IMG/VR virus record: IMGVR_UViG_3300044701_003953
Coordinates: 124,001-188,000 of that record
Reading direction: 5' to 3' (one strand)
DNA: 64,000 nt
Shown: positions 1-8,805 of the stretch, one piece after another
Position numbering within the stretch: position 1 is the stretch's first letter
Layout of the letters: each line of letters begins with the position of its first letter
The notes under the pieces: model-generated
The model's input: only the letters and a program-made list of their open reading frames with translations
Databases searched by the model: none
What the model was told of the DNA's origin: nothing
Made by a program: the position numbers and the translations under genes

Positions 1-707
1 CCGACACCAAATCCGCACACTTGAGCAATCATGTGCGTGAACAGGCTGTAACTGGCTATGTTAAAAGGTACGCCCAGGAACATGTCACAACTGCGTTGAT
101 ACATCTGGCAACTGAGTTCATGGTTCTTGTTTACATAGAACTGCGCAAAGGCATGGCAAGGAGGTAGCGCCATGCTATCTAGTTCGCCAGGATTCCATGT
201 TGTGAGTATGTGACGCCGGCCGAATGGATCCTGCTTCAATCCTTCGATCAAAACTTTTAGTTGATCTGTTTCTTTGATGTGTAATGTGCCCTGGCGATTG
301 TATATGCTTCCAAAATCGTCTTTGAATGTTTCCGCTTTGTGTATGACAGGAGTGCGCCACTTGCGCCATTGTACTCCATATACCCTGCCCAAGTCGCCTT
401 CGTATTGTGCCTTTGGTTTCCAGTAAGGCGCTAATGCGTTTGGAGTCCAGATAGTAACTGGGCCTTCCCGTGTGCCGTGTGTAATTTCTGCTAGGCGACG
501 TTCGTCTCCCGACCCTTCAATGAACCAAAGCAGTTCGCCAACACATGCTTTCCATGCTAGTCGCTTGGTAGTGACTGCCGGGAAGCCTTGTCGTAGATCG
601 TATCTTTGTTGGAGCCCGAAAAGGGAGATCGTTCCTACTCCAGTGCGGTCATCTCTGACCTCACCATCATTCAATACTTGGGAGAGGGCGTTTAAATATG
701 CTTTCAT
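1..707 (-). CDS. thyA: Thymidylate synthase (runs off the left edge; absent from ORF track)
   Basis: Manual translation from ATG at 707: MKAYLNALSQVLNDGEVRDDRTGVGT...WNPGELDSMALPPCHAFAQF...YQRSCDMFLGVPFNIASY; catalytic PPCH and QRSCD motifs. Confidence 0.97.
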   Translation of the reverse strand, partial: MKAYLNALSQVLNDGEVRDDRTGVGTISLFGLQQRYDLRQGFPAVTTKRLAWKACVGELLWFIEGSGDERRLAEITHGTREGPVTIWTPNALAPYWKPKAQYEGDLGRVYGVQWRKWRTPVIHKAETFKDDFGSIYNRQGTLHIKETDQLKVLIEGLKQDPFGRRHILTTWNPGELDSMALPPCHAFAQFYVNKNHELSCQMYQRSCDMFLGVPFNIASYSLFTHMIAQVCGFGV

Positions 708-1185
708 ATTTCAAGAAGCTACATTGGAAATCGGGACTGGTGTCACAGCGTTTGACTTGGAATCCAGACAAGAACTCTTTGAGCTGTATACGGACATCGG
801 CTCTATGAGATCCCCTGAACACCGTCATATAGATATAGTCTAGGTAGCCTTGCATCTCCATCAGCAGGGCTGGCCCGCCGATGATGAATATCTTTTGATT
901 CTTATGTGCCTTCGCTACATTGGCCACCGCGGTTGGAAGGTCGCCCGAGATGGGTCTCCCATATAGCGGCAATGTCTGTGGTCTGTGCGTGTACACATAG
1001 CAGATCCGTCCTGGCAACGGTTTTGGAAATGTAGGATCGTCCCATGTTTTTCTTCCCATGACGAGCACATGCCCCATCGTCATCGATTGGAACCATTCCA
1101 TGTCGTACTTATTTTTTGGCCATGGTAACGTGCCAGCGTTGCCCATGGCACCGTTCATGTCGGTTGCGATTATAGCGTTTATCAT
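667..1185 (-). CDS. folA: Dihydrofolate reductase
   Basis: MINAIIATDMNGAMGNAGTLPWP, VMGRKTW, IFIIGG motifs; start moved to the Met at 1185; overlaps thyA start. Confidence 0.95.
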   Translation of the reverse strand: MINAIIATDMNGAMGNAGTLPWPKNKYDMEWFQSMTMGHVLVMGRKTWDDPTFPKPLPGRICYVYTHRPQTLPLYGRPISGDLPTAVANVAKAHKNQKIFIIGGPALLMEMQGYLDYIYMTVFRGSHRADVRIQLKEFLSGFQVKRCDTSPDFQCSFLKYESIFKRPLPSIE

Positions 1186-1186
1186 A

Positions 1187-1531
1187 TCAGAGATTTTTGA
1201 GTAATCTGTCAGTATAAGGTTGTACAGTCTTAGCAACCTTTTCTACACTGATCATAAAATCAACATCGTCGATAATTTCGTCCATTGCCTCGAGCCGATC
1301 ATTGATAGCCATCTCGAGATATTCCGGTTCATTGCCTTCGGAAAGTAACTGTTCTATATCAAGTACGACCTCTGTCCCGTCAGTGAGATTGATCCTGATT
1401 TTATCGATACAATGTAAGGGAACTTCACTTTTTTCTACGTCTTTAAGTATGCGTTCCCAGATCTGTTTGCGGGTATGGTTAAGCCGCTGCCTTTTGTTTT
1501 TTGGTGGTTGTTTTTTTGGTGGTGCGGGCAT
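1187..1531 (-). CDS. Hypothetical phage protein
   Basis: Intact 114-aa ORF in tight operon context. Confidence 0.7.
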   Translation of the reverse strand: MPAPPKKQPPKNKRQRLNHTRKQIWERILKDVEKSEVPLHCIDKIRINLTDGTEVVLDIEQLLSEGNEPEYLEMAINDRLEAMDEIIDDVDFMISVEKVAKTVQPYTDRLLKNL

Positions 1532-2063
1532 TTTTTGGTGACAGCGACATCGCTTCTTTCTCTAGTCGATTGGCTTCTTCTAAAAGTCTTTTTGCTTCGG
1601 CCTTCATCTGCGCGGCCTGTTTTTTCTGCGACTCGGCAAGGTCTCGATCGCTGAGCACACTGACATTTTCTACGATGCTAGGTTCTCCTAGGTCTTTCCC
1701 CATTGGTTCTCCGCTAGAGATTTTGTTCACCAAATCATTGAGTTTGTCTAGCTGGATATCGTTAGCACGATCAGTAGTTGGGGTCACCATCACGGAATTA
1801 GTTGGTACCTTGATCATATACCCGCCTGCGTGTAGACTGGTCAAGATGCTGTTTCCATCAGCCATGATGGTACGGAAAAATACTTCGTTGATGCTGTTGC
1901 TCTGTTGTCCACTAGGACTCTCTAAACAAGCCATCATTTCGTCGTGCAGTAGGCTAGGTAGTTTTTCGGGATAAACTATCAAGGCCTGATCGGATTCCCC
2001 CGGAACTTCACGGAAAACGATCACGGATTTTTTCTTTTTGTGTAATCCCACATGTTTGATCAT
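1479..2063 (-). CDS. Hypothetical phage protein with coiled-coil and Lys-rich C-terminus
   Basis: 194-aa ORF, start overlaps upstream stop. Confidence 0.75.
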   Translation of the reverse strand: MIKHVGLHKKKKSVIVFREVPGESDQALIVYPEKLPSLLHDEMMACLESPSGQQSNSINEVFFRTIMADGNSILTSLHAGGYMIKVPTNSVMVTPTTDRANDIQLDKLNDLVNKISSGEPMGKDLGEPSIVENVSVLSDRDLAESQKKQAAQMKAEAKRLLEEANRLEKEAMSLSPKNARTTKKTTTKKQKAAA

Positions 2064-2311
2064 GATTGATCTCCTTTCACTTCATTACCATCAGTTGCAG
2101 GTGCGGTCCCTGTTGGTGCGGTACCTAAAACCCCTGCCGAGGTCAAAAATACTTTAAGACGGTCGTGTAAAGCGCCGACATTCGATAGTTCGTCGGCACG
2201 GAACCCGCCACGCTGTGCTACTACCTGTATGACCTGGAACATGAGTAGTAAATCCTGTACGCCCAGCGATGGCGCGGCCTGGGCAGTGCCTTGCTGATTA
2301 TTTTCTTCCAT
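2060..2311 (-). CDS. Hypothetical protein
   Basis: 83 aa, GGAG RBS and TAAATA motif upstream. Confidence 0.7.
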   Translation of the reverse strand: MEENNQQGTAQAAPSLGVQDLLLMFQVIQVVAQRGGFRADELSNVGALHDRLKVFLTSAGVLGTAPTGTAPATDGNEVKGDQS

Positions 2312-2381
2312 TTGATTTTTCTCCAGTGTGGGATATCATTGATATAGATATTTAACTTGTTTAACTGAGACTATAATTTTT

Positions 2382-2675
2382 TTACCAAGACGATTCGAGT
2401 CTGGGATTTAGTGAATCCAGCATCAGTGCAAAATAGCTGGCTTCTCCTGGTATTTCAAAAGCAACAGTTTTTTCAAAATAGATCTTATCATGTACATCTC
2501 GATGATAGTGATCACCGTAGAAAAAACGACCTTCTAAGTTAGTCCATATCCAATCCGAAATGCTTTTTTCCGAAGTGCGTAATTGGAAACTGATCTTATG
2601 GAAATGTGGAGGACAGTGATCTAATCTTCTCAGTCCAAACACATTAAGTGGATTAGGTTGTAGATCCTTCAGCAT
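2382..2675 (-). CDS. Hypothetical protein
   Basis: 97-aa ORF in operon context. Confidence 0.65.
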   Translation of the reverse strand: MLKDLQPNPLNVFGLRRLDHCPPHFHKISFQLRTSEKSISDWIWTNLEGRFFYGDHYHRDVHDKIYFEKTVAFEIPGEASYFALMLDSLNPRLESSW

Positions 2676-2988
2676 CTTTATTTGATTTCAATATAGTGAT
2701 CTTCATTGGTCCGCGTTCAGGCTCTACCACAGTGATCTTATTCTGTAGCATTTCGTCGGCCCGACTACGGAATCCATCTACTAACTCAAACTGACGACTG
2801 ATCACAGCGATCTCGATCGCCCGCGATAGATCTTCTAGCGCCGTCTCAAGAGCCATGATGCGTTGTATGGCTGACTCAATATCTTCGGGGGCATTCTTAT
2901 ATTCGGGCACCGGTAGTTGGATATCGTCGAGCTTGTCGAAGATCTCTTGAGTGGTCTTTTCGTCTAATACAGGAGCGATTGAAGTCAT
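2653..2988 (-). CDS. Hypothetical protein
   Basis: 111-aa ORF in operon context. Confidence 0.65.
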   Translation of the reverse strand: MTSIAPVLDEKTTQEIFDKLDDIQLPVPEYKNAPEDIESAIQRIMALETALEDLSRAIEIAVISRQFELVDGFRSRADEMLQNKITVVEPERGPMKITILKSNKDAEGSTT

Positions 2989-2997
2989 GATGTTAGT

Positions 2998-3861
2998 TTA
3001 CTTGAAAGAGTTGTAAAAGTCAATGGATCTTTTTATTGAATCATTGGTTATTTTTTCATCGTACAAGTAAGTGACATGGACTCCAGTAGGTGACTGTTTT
3101 TTAAATCCGTGAAGCTCTTTACAATCCCAACAGTGCCCGGCACCTTCATAGATATGCCAGTCAACTTTGACTTTCTTTTCGATTACTTTCAGTGTCGGAA
3201 CGCAATCCTCGGGTGGTGTTTCTTTGTCATCGGACCCCATGAGCCATAAGACAGGGATGTTAGTGTCGTTGAATAGATATTTTCCGCCGCGGCCATAGTC
3301 ACATCCGCCATAGAGACCACCTACAGCCCGTGGCCTTAATCTACCATCGGCTACTTGTTGATAAACGTCTTGGCTAGCAGCAAGACCACTTACCATAGTA
3401 CCCAGACTGAGGCCAAAAGTGAAAATCCTATTTTTATCTACCCCAGGGATCTTGCTTAAATGTTCAACAGCATCGTACAGGTCTTTAACTAGTCGTCCTT
3501 CGGCTACTGTTCTATATCGAGACCCGCCGCAGTTTTTGCCAGCGTTGCGTGGTTGGTAATGATCGACTACCAATACAGTGTACCCAGCGTCAACGAATGC
3601 TTTAACCCACACTTTCAAATCATTTTCGGCCCGACTGTGTATTCCTGCACAGGCTGGTAATAGGACCATGCCCGGCCCGGGCTTGTTAGTTTTTGTGGTG
3701 GGCGAAAACACAGCGTTTCGTATAAACGACGAAGATTTAAATTCTTCAACTTGCGCAGAAAATTTTAAATCTTCTCCGATGGTTGCTTCTCGTCCATAAA
3801 AGGCTTCGGCCGGTGCTATGAATATCAGAGTTGAAAAAATAATCGCTAATGGTTTAATCAT
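2998..3861 (-). CDS. Exported dienelactone-hydrolase-family alpha/beta hydrolase
   Basis: Start at 3861 with AAGGAG RBS; signal peptide MIKPLAIIFSTLIFIAPAEA; GLSLG nucleophile elbow, GSDDKET and GAGH catalytic segments. Confidence 0.8.
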   Translation of the reverse strand: MIKPLAIIFSTLIFIAPAEAFYGREATIGEDLKFSAQVEEFKSSSFIRNAVFSPTTKTNKPGPGMVLLPACAGIHSRAENDLKVWVKAFVDAGYTVLVVDHYQPRNAGKNCGGSRYRTVAEGRLVKDLYDAVEHLSKIPGVDKNRIFTFGLSLGTMVSGLAASQDVYQQVADGRLRPRAVGGLYGGCDYGRGGKYLFNDTNIPVLWLMGSDDKETPPEDCVPTLKVIEKKVKVDWHIYEGAGHCWDCKELHGFKKQSPTGVHVTYLYDEKITNDSIKRSIDFYNSFK

Positions 3862-3871
3862 AGCATTCTCC

Positions 3872-5131
3872 TTAATGACGTTTAGCGGCTTCTTCGTAGT
3901 GGGCCCAGATACCAAAGGGTGGTTCGCAGTTAGGATTACCTTTGATGATCCAGACGGTTTCACAATACAACTCATCTCCCCAAGACCCAAACGGATAACC
4001 GTCTGTGAACATGATGAACTTTTTGGGTTCGATACCCTGTTCTTTCATGTAACGCCAGTTGGCATCAAAGTCAGTGCCGCCACCGCCCTGGGGCTCATAG
4101 GCCATGATGTCTTCTAGATTGTCGGAAGTGAATATCTGCGGATTGTAGACTTCGGTGTCGAAACTCCACACATGGATTCGATACTCGTCGTAACTGTCCA
4201 TGATACCTTTGATCTCGGTCAAGAACGCACGGATGTCCGATTCACCGATGGAACCTGATGTGTCAATACCGATGCAGACATCGATGGTCTCGCCGGGCTT
4301 CATGCCGGGCAGGATAGCATCGTGGTGCCAGCCTTTGCGGCTGGGACGAGCGAATGTGAAGTCGGATTTGATGGTGGAGATGATCTGTTGCTCCAGCAGT
4401 TCTTTCCAACCGATAACCGGAGCAGTGAGATCTTTGATCAAGCGTTTGACACCTGCTGGGATGTTGCCAGCACCTGCGGCCTGTGCCGATTGTAGCACAG
4501 CCTGCTTGATCTCGTCGCGGATCTGTTTGCGCTCTTCGTCGGTGAGTTTGGGGCGACCACCTTTGCCGTCCTTGTCACCATCACCTTCGCCTTCGCCATC
4601 ACCGTCCATGTGTTCGTCTAGGATCTGCTGGGCGAGTTGTTCGATGTCGATCTTGTCGGCGTTCTCCATCAAGTCGTCGTAGACTTCTTCGGCACTCATG
4701 CCCTTGTATTTGGAATCATAAAGGATGGGCACCACGGTGATGCGCTCGCCTACCCGCTGATCCAACAAGTCGGCGTTGACACAATAGTCGTCGGCGATGT
4801 TCCAGATCTTGGGATCACGGTCACCGCGTCGACCCATATGGTCATAGACAGCGTGGAGCACTTCGTGTCCGAACAAGAACTCGGTCTGCTTGAGCGGAAG
4901 GCTCTTGATGAACTGGGAATTGTAGTAGAACTTGCGTCCGTCTGTAGCGGCAGTGGGGCACCAGTCATCGGCGTTGATCAGCGTCATGCGGGTGGCCAGG
5001 TTGCCGAAAAACGGACTGCGGAGCAAGAGACCGATACGGGCAGTGACCAGTTTCTCGCGGGCCTCTGCGTCCACTTTGGGATCAGTGGTAACCTTGGATT
5101 TGGAACGTTCTGCTAGTGTGGTATCGCTCAT
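3872..5131 (-). CDS. DUF2201-like metallopeptidase + VWA domain protein (partner of MoxR-type ATPase)
   Basis: HEVLH (HExxH), acidic Gly linker, MIDAS DTSGS, GGGGTDF, FTDG. Confidence 0.88.
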   Translation of the reverse strand: MSDTTLAERSKSKVTTDPKVDAEAREKLVTARIGLLLRSPFFGNLATRMTLINADDWCPTAATDGRKFYYNSQFIKSLPLKQTEFLFGHEVLHAVYDHMGRRGDRDPKIWNIADDYCVNADLLDQRVGERITVVPILYDSKYKGMSAEEVYDDLMENADKIDIEQLAQQILDEHMDGDGEGEGDGDKDGKGGRPKLTDEERKQIRDEIKQAVLQSAQAAGAGNIPAGVKRLIKDLTAPVIGWKELLEQQIISTIKSDFTFARPSRKGWHHDAILPGMKPGETIDVCIGIDTSGSIGESDIRAFLTEIKGIMDSYDEYRIHVWSFDTEVYNPQIFTSDNLEDIMAYEPQGGGGTDFDANWRYMKEQGIEPKKFIMFTDGYPFGSWGDELYCETVWIIKGNPNCEPPFGIWAHYEEAAKRH

Positions 5132-5157
5132 TGGGTGCTCCTTAACTGTATATCTAT

Positions 5158-5186
5158 ATTATACAATAATGGGAATTATTGGTCAA
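5158..5186 (-). promoter_or_regulatory. Phage early sigma70-type promoter (conserved family, copy 1)
   Basis: TTGACC-17 bp-TATAAT followed by ATAGATATACAGTTAAGGAG. Confidence 0.85.
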
Positions 5187-5258
5187 CTAGGCGTAAGGCG
5201 TAAAATGGGGGACTTATACGCCCTGAATGCGATGCCCCCGGCCCGTGACGGCCAAACT

Positions 5259-6362
5259 TTACTTGCCTGATGCGGCGATGATGTATTTGCCGAAGCGACT
5301 GTGGAACTCGTCGAAGCTCTTCATCTTGCCGGGAACCATGGGCAGGTTGTAGGTAGTAAGAGCTACTCGGGCACCCATCACTACCAGTTCGGTAGTGAAG
5401 TTATCCATCATGAACCGCAGGAAGTTATCGGCTTGGGCATGCCAATCTGCGATCTTAGAGCCAGCCAACTTTTTATGTTGCTCCTGGAGCTCGTAGCACA
5501 TGGAGATCGTCAACGAGTACATCGCGGACACTTCCTTGACTTTGAGCTCTTTGACTTTGCCAGTGAGCACATCTTCGGGTTTAGGCATCTCGCCAGCGAC
5601 CTTGCGATGAGCCATGAACTTGACAGCGAGTCCTTCACCTACGGTGCCGGCGATCAAGTCAGTGAGTTCTGCGTCAGTGGCTTCGCCATCTTCTAAGAAC
5701 TCAGAAACGAACGTCCAAGAGCGTGGGGTAGCGAAAGAGCGGCTAGCCGAGCGAGGGTCAAAGTCCATCAAGTCTTGTTTGGCGAAGCTCAAGTAACCCA
5801 CCACGTCCTTGTGGATGTTCTTGTTCACAGCCCACTGGAACCAGGAATCAAAGTCCGAGCGCACTTCCAAGTGGACGAAACGGTTGGCCAACGGCGTAGG
5901 CATGCGATAAGAGATGCCTTTGTCGCTTTCGCGGTTACCAGCGGCCACCACCACCACATTGTCGGGCAGAACATACTTGCCGACTCGACGGTTCAGGATC
6001 AACTGGAACGCGGCACCTTGGACGGCAGGCACAGCCTGGTTCATCTCGTCCAAGAATAGCACGATGATGGGATACTGATCAGCCATCTCCTGCGTGGGCA
6101 AGTCGATGGGAGGCGCCCAGTCCATGAGCCCGGTGTCTTTGTTGAAGAACGGGATACCACGGATGTCAGTGGGCTCCATCTGGCCCAAACGCAGGTCGAT
6201 CATATGACCACCCATCTCGCTGGCGAGATCTGCGATCAGTTCGGACTTGCCGATTCCGGGAGGACCCCACAAGAAAACGGGTCGTTTGTTTTTAAAACAG
6301 CGAAGGACACGGCTACGGGTCTCGCTGGGGGTAACGGTACGATTTTCACTTACACTCATCAC
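5259..6362 (-). CDS. MoxR-like AAA+ ATPase
   Basis: Walker A GPPGIGKS, Walker B LFLDEMN, AAGNRESD, PLANRF. Confidence 0.92.
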   Translation of the reverse strand: MMSVSENRTVTPSETRSRVLRCFKNKRPVFLWGPPGIGKSELIADLASEMGGHMIDLRLGQMEPTDIRGIPFFNKDTGLMDWAPPIDLPTQEMADQYPIIVLFLDEMNQAVPAVQGAAFQLILNRRVGKYVLPDNVVVVAAGNRESDKGISYRMPTPLANRFVHLEVRSDFDSWFQWAVNKNIHKDVVGYLSFAKQDLMDFDPRSASRSFATPRSWTFVSEFLEDGEATDAELTDLIAGTVGEGLAVKFMAHRKVAGEMPKPEDVLTGKVKELKVKEVSAMYSLTISMCYELQEQHKKLAGSKIADWHAQADNFLRFMMDNFTTELVVMGARVALTTYNLPMVPGKMKSFDEFHSRFGKYIIAASGK

Positions 6363-6399
6363 GGGCTCCTTGGAAAGGTTGTTGCTTCAGGGTATCACT

Positions 6400-6428
6400 A
6401 TTGTAAGATATCGGGATTTTCAGGTCAA
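6400..6428 (-). promoter_or_regulatory. Phage early sigma70-type promoter (copy 2)
   Basis: TTGACC-17 bp-TACAAT, AAGGAG RBS downstream. Confidence 0.8.
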
Positions 6429-6438
6429 CCACCGTATC

Positions 6439-6696
6439 TTAGCAGTATTCGTAGAACTTGACGCCGGGATCCAGCTTCAAGAGTTGATCGGCGCAACGGG
6501 CGAGGTTGCGGTAACGGGTTTGGACCTGCGAGCGGCTCAGTTCACCATCGCAAGTGAGGTTTTCAGGGCTCAGGGCAGAATCGATCTTGTCGGCGATCTT
6601 CTGGCGATCAGCAGCTGAGTTGAGATCTAGCGGACGCTGGCCAAATTTGGCGCTGAAACGGTTTTCTTGGTCCACGTAGTTTTTGAGTTCTTTCAT
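6439..6696 (-). CDS. Hypothetical early protein
   Basis: 85 aa, AAGGAG RBS and own early promoter. Confidence 0.75.
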   Translation of the reverse strand: MKELKNYVDQENRFSAKFGQRPLDLNSAADRQKIADKIDSALSPENLTCDGELSRSQVQTRYRNLARCADQLLKLDPGVKFYEYC

Positions 6697-6727
6697 TGCT
6701 GGCTCCTTTATTTAACTGTATACCTAT

Positions 6728-6756
6728 ATTGTAGCAAAATGGGAATTTTGGGTCAA
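6728..6756 (-). promoter_or_regulatory. Phage early sigma70-type promoter (copy 3)
   Basis: TTGACC-17 bp-TACAAT followed by ATAGGTATACAGTTAA. Confidence 0.85.
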
Positions 6757-6929
6757 CCACCCCAAAAAACGGGGTTTTTAGGTGTTGTTTTTATGCCACA
6801 ATAAAAATACCTGTTTCTGCTTGGATCGTAGCTGGGTCATAAATATATTGACGGCGCATGATCGATGGATGCCGGCAAAACACACATCGAAAAGACGCTA
6901 TCATCTAAAACTCCAGGAGAAATACAATA

Positions 6930-7898
6930 ATGGAAAAAAGAACTCTGCGTTGGGTACTAGCCCACGAACCAATCGAGATCTTCATCCGCGCCGCAGAAAA
7001 ATTTGCTAAATCCATCAGCGAGAAGACCAACGGTGCTATCAGCATCGAGATCATGACAGCTGAGCAATATGGCAAACAGTATCACGGTATGGAAAAGGTC
7101 GACACACAGTATCGTTACGATCTCATCAAGCACTTAGAAGCTGGTGAACTCGAAATGAGCCAGATGTACACAACCACATTAGGTACACATTATGACCAGC
7201 AACTGCTGGCCCTTGACATGCCTTACATTTTCGCTGATCACGATCATGTAGCTCGTGTACTTGATGGTGAAATCGGCGTTAGCCTCCGTAAGAGCCTCAG
7301 CGAGAAGACCAACATGGCTTCCCTGGCTTTCACATACTCGGGTGGTTTCCGCGTACTGCCTTCTGCTAAGAAGATCACAAGCATCACAGAACTCGCTGGC
7401 GAAAAAGTCCGCGTTGGTAGCCCTGTTTCGTTAGAAACATTCAAGGCCCTAGGTTGCGAAGCCGTTGACGGCATCAAAATCGAAGAGCTGGGCGAAGCGA
7501 TCGGCGACGGTCGTATCGTTGCTGGTGAATCCACATACCCACGCCTCTACGGTACAGAGCAGAACATCGCTCCTTCCAAGACTGCCAAGGCAGTCATCAA
7601 CACAGAGCACAGCCTATTCTTGACAACTATCCTGATCAACAAGGATATCTGGAATAGCTTCAGCGCAGAACTACAACAGTTCATGCTGGAAGCCGCACAC
7701 GAGGCTGCTCTGGAAGAGCGTAAAGAAGCACTGCTTGACATCCAGAAGAACCAGGCTCGCCTGCGTGCCGACGGTGTTGAAGTGGTTGATCTTCCTGCCA
7801 CAGAAATCGACTTGTTCAAGAACAAGACAGCAGTCGTATACGACGTATTAGCTGACATGTTCCCAGCTGGTCTGATCTCTAGCATCAAGAACGCCTAA
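6930..7898 (+). CDS. dctP: TRAP-transporter substrate-binding protein (DctP family), no signal peptide
   Basis: LALDMPYIFADHDHV, LAFTYSGGFRVL, LAGEKVRV motifs; AGGAG RBS; ATAAATA at 6839-6845. Confidence 0.85.
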   Translation: MEKRTLRWVLAHEPIEIFIRAAEKFAKSISEKTNGAISIEIMTAEQYGKQYHGMEKVDTQYRYDLIKHLEAGELEMSQMYTTTLGTHYDQQLLALDMPYIFADHDHVARVLDGEIGVSLRKSLSEKTNMASLAFTYSGGFRVLPSAKKITSITELAGEKVRVGSPVSLETFKALGCEAVDGIKIEELGEAIGDGRIVAGESTYPRLYGTEQNIAPSKTAKAVINTEHSLFLTTILINKDIWNSFSAELQQFMLEAAHEAALEERKEALLDIQKNQARLRADGVEVVDLPATEIDLFKNKTAVVYDVLADMFPAGLISSIKNA

Positions 7899-7915
7899 TA
7901 AGTGTTTTGATAAAG

Positions 7916-7942
7916 AAAAAGCCCGCTTATGCGGGCTTTTTT
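7916..7942. terminator. Bidirectional intrinsic terminator between convergent dctP and phasin genes
   Basis: AAAAAGCCCGC-TTAT-GCGGGCTTTTTT. Confidence 0.9.
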
Positions 7943-7959
7943 GTTGGCTGTGTAGCGTA

Positions 7960-8250
7960 TTACTCAGCGTCAGCTTTAGAAGCCTTCTTAGAAGAAACAG
8001 AAGGAACTTTGAAGAACTTGGTTAGGTCGAAATGAGTAGCCTCATTGATAGCCTTAACGCCTTCTTCTGTCAGACGTGTACCAACTTCTGTAGCGACCTT
8101 AACTGCGCTCTTTGTGTAAGCGGTCTGGCCGTCGATGAAACTATTCATGGCTGTCTTGATACCGTCGTGTTGTACGAAAGTGTTCACGAATTGCTTCTTG
8201 GCGTTTTGTACAGAGTCGATGTAAAAATCAGGGGTTGTATTGTAAAACAT
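7960..8250 (-). CDS. Phasin-like (PHA granule-associated) protein
   Basis: 96-aa amphipathic helical protein of phasin-like size and pattern (FIDGQTAYTKSAVKVATE); AAGGAG RBS; PhaR-like box upstream. Confidence 0.6.
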   Translation of the reverse strand: MFYNTTPDFYIDSVQNAKKQFVNTFVQHDGIKTAMNSFIDGQTAYTKSAVKVATEVGTRLTEEGVKAINEATHFDLTKFFKVPSVSSKKASKADAE

Positions 8251-8349
8251 TTTGCTTTCTCCTTAGGTTAAGCGAGTTAAATCGTCCCTTGACCCGCACC
8301 ATGCGGCATCTTGGGTTTACTGCATTCATTGATTGTAACATTACTTATA

Positions 8350-8363
8350 TTGCGGCGCAACAT
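8350..8363. promoter_or_regulatory. PhaR-like operator (TGC-N3-GCA inverted repeat) upstream of phasin-like gene
   Basis: TTGCGGCGCAACAT; inverted repeat TTGC-GGC-GCAA. Confidence 0.5.
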
Positions 8364-8465
8364 GTAATATGCCCACTTTACGATTTAAGATGTCCAAAAA
8401 GAAATTTTCGCCCGGGACTCTTGGCCCAGTAAATACTACACTAATCGATTAGGAGATTTTTCAAA

Positions 8466-8747
8466 ATGGAAATTATTATCGCACTAGTAGTAATTGCAGC
8501 TCTTGGGTATTTCATTTTTAGAGGCACCGACGCCAACAAAGATGGTAAAGTGACTGTAGCTGAAGTCAAAGCAGTAGCAGACGTCAACAAAGACGGCAAA
8601 GTTGACATCCAAGATGTCAAGGCCGCTGCCACTAAAGCCAAGACCGCTGTGAAGAAAACAGCGACCAAGGCCGGTGCCAAGACCAAGGCTGTTGTCAAGA
8701 AGGCTACCACTGCTCGTAAACCTGCTGCCAAGAAAACAGCCAAGTAA
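8466..8747 (+). CDS. Membrane-anchored protein with two EF-hand-like loops and a Lys/Ala-rich histone-H1-like tail
   Basis: N-terminal TM helix; DANKDGKVT and DVNKDGKVD; AKKTA-type tail; AGGAG RBS, TAAATA at 8430. Confidence 0.8.
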   Translation: MEIIIALVVIAALGYFIFRGTDANKDGKVTVAEVKAVADVNKDGKVDIQDVKAAATKAKTAVKKTATKAGAKTKAVVKKATTARKPAAKKTAK

Positions 8748-8780
8748 ACTAGCAGACGAACCAAAATATAGGTGAAAAAC

Positions 8781-8805
8781 AAAAACGGGCTTCGGCCCGT
8801 TTTTT
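8781..8805. terminator. Bidirectional intrinsic terminator (UUCG loop)
   Basis: AAAAACGGGC-TTCG-GCCCGTTTTTT. Confidence 0.9.

Noticed and set aside
175-843. ORF-track entries 175-369 (-) and 472-843 (+)
   Set aside because: Off-frame or antisense shadows of thyA, which the track missed because it runs off the edge
4200-6059. Long plus-strand ORFs opposite the VWA and AAA+ genes (and similar ones opposite the polymerase, clamp, clpA and aceA)
   Set aside because: Antisense shadows from codon bias; no SD or recognisable motifs
8441-8782. 113-aa hydrophobic minus-strand ORF
   Set aside because: Mirror of the Lys/Ala-rich plus-strand gene, which has the SD, promoter motif and terminator
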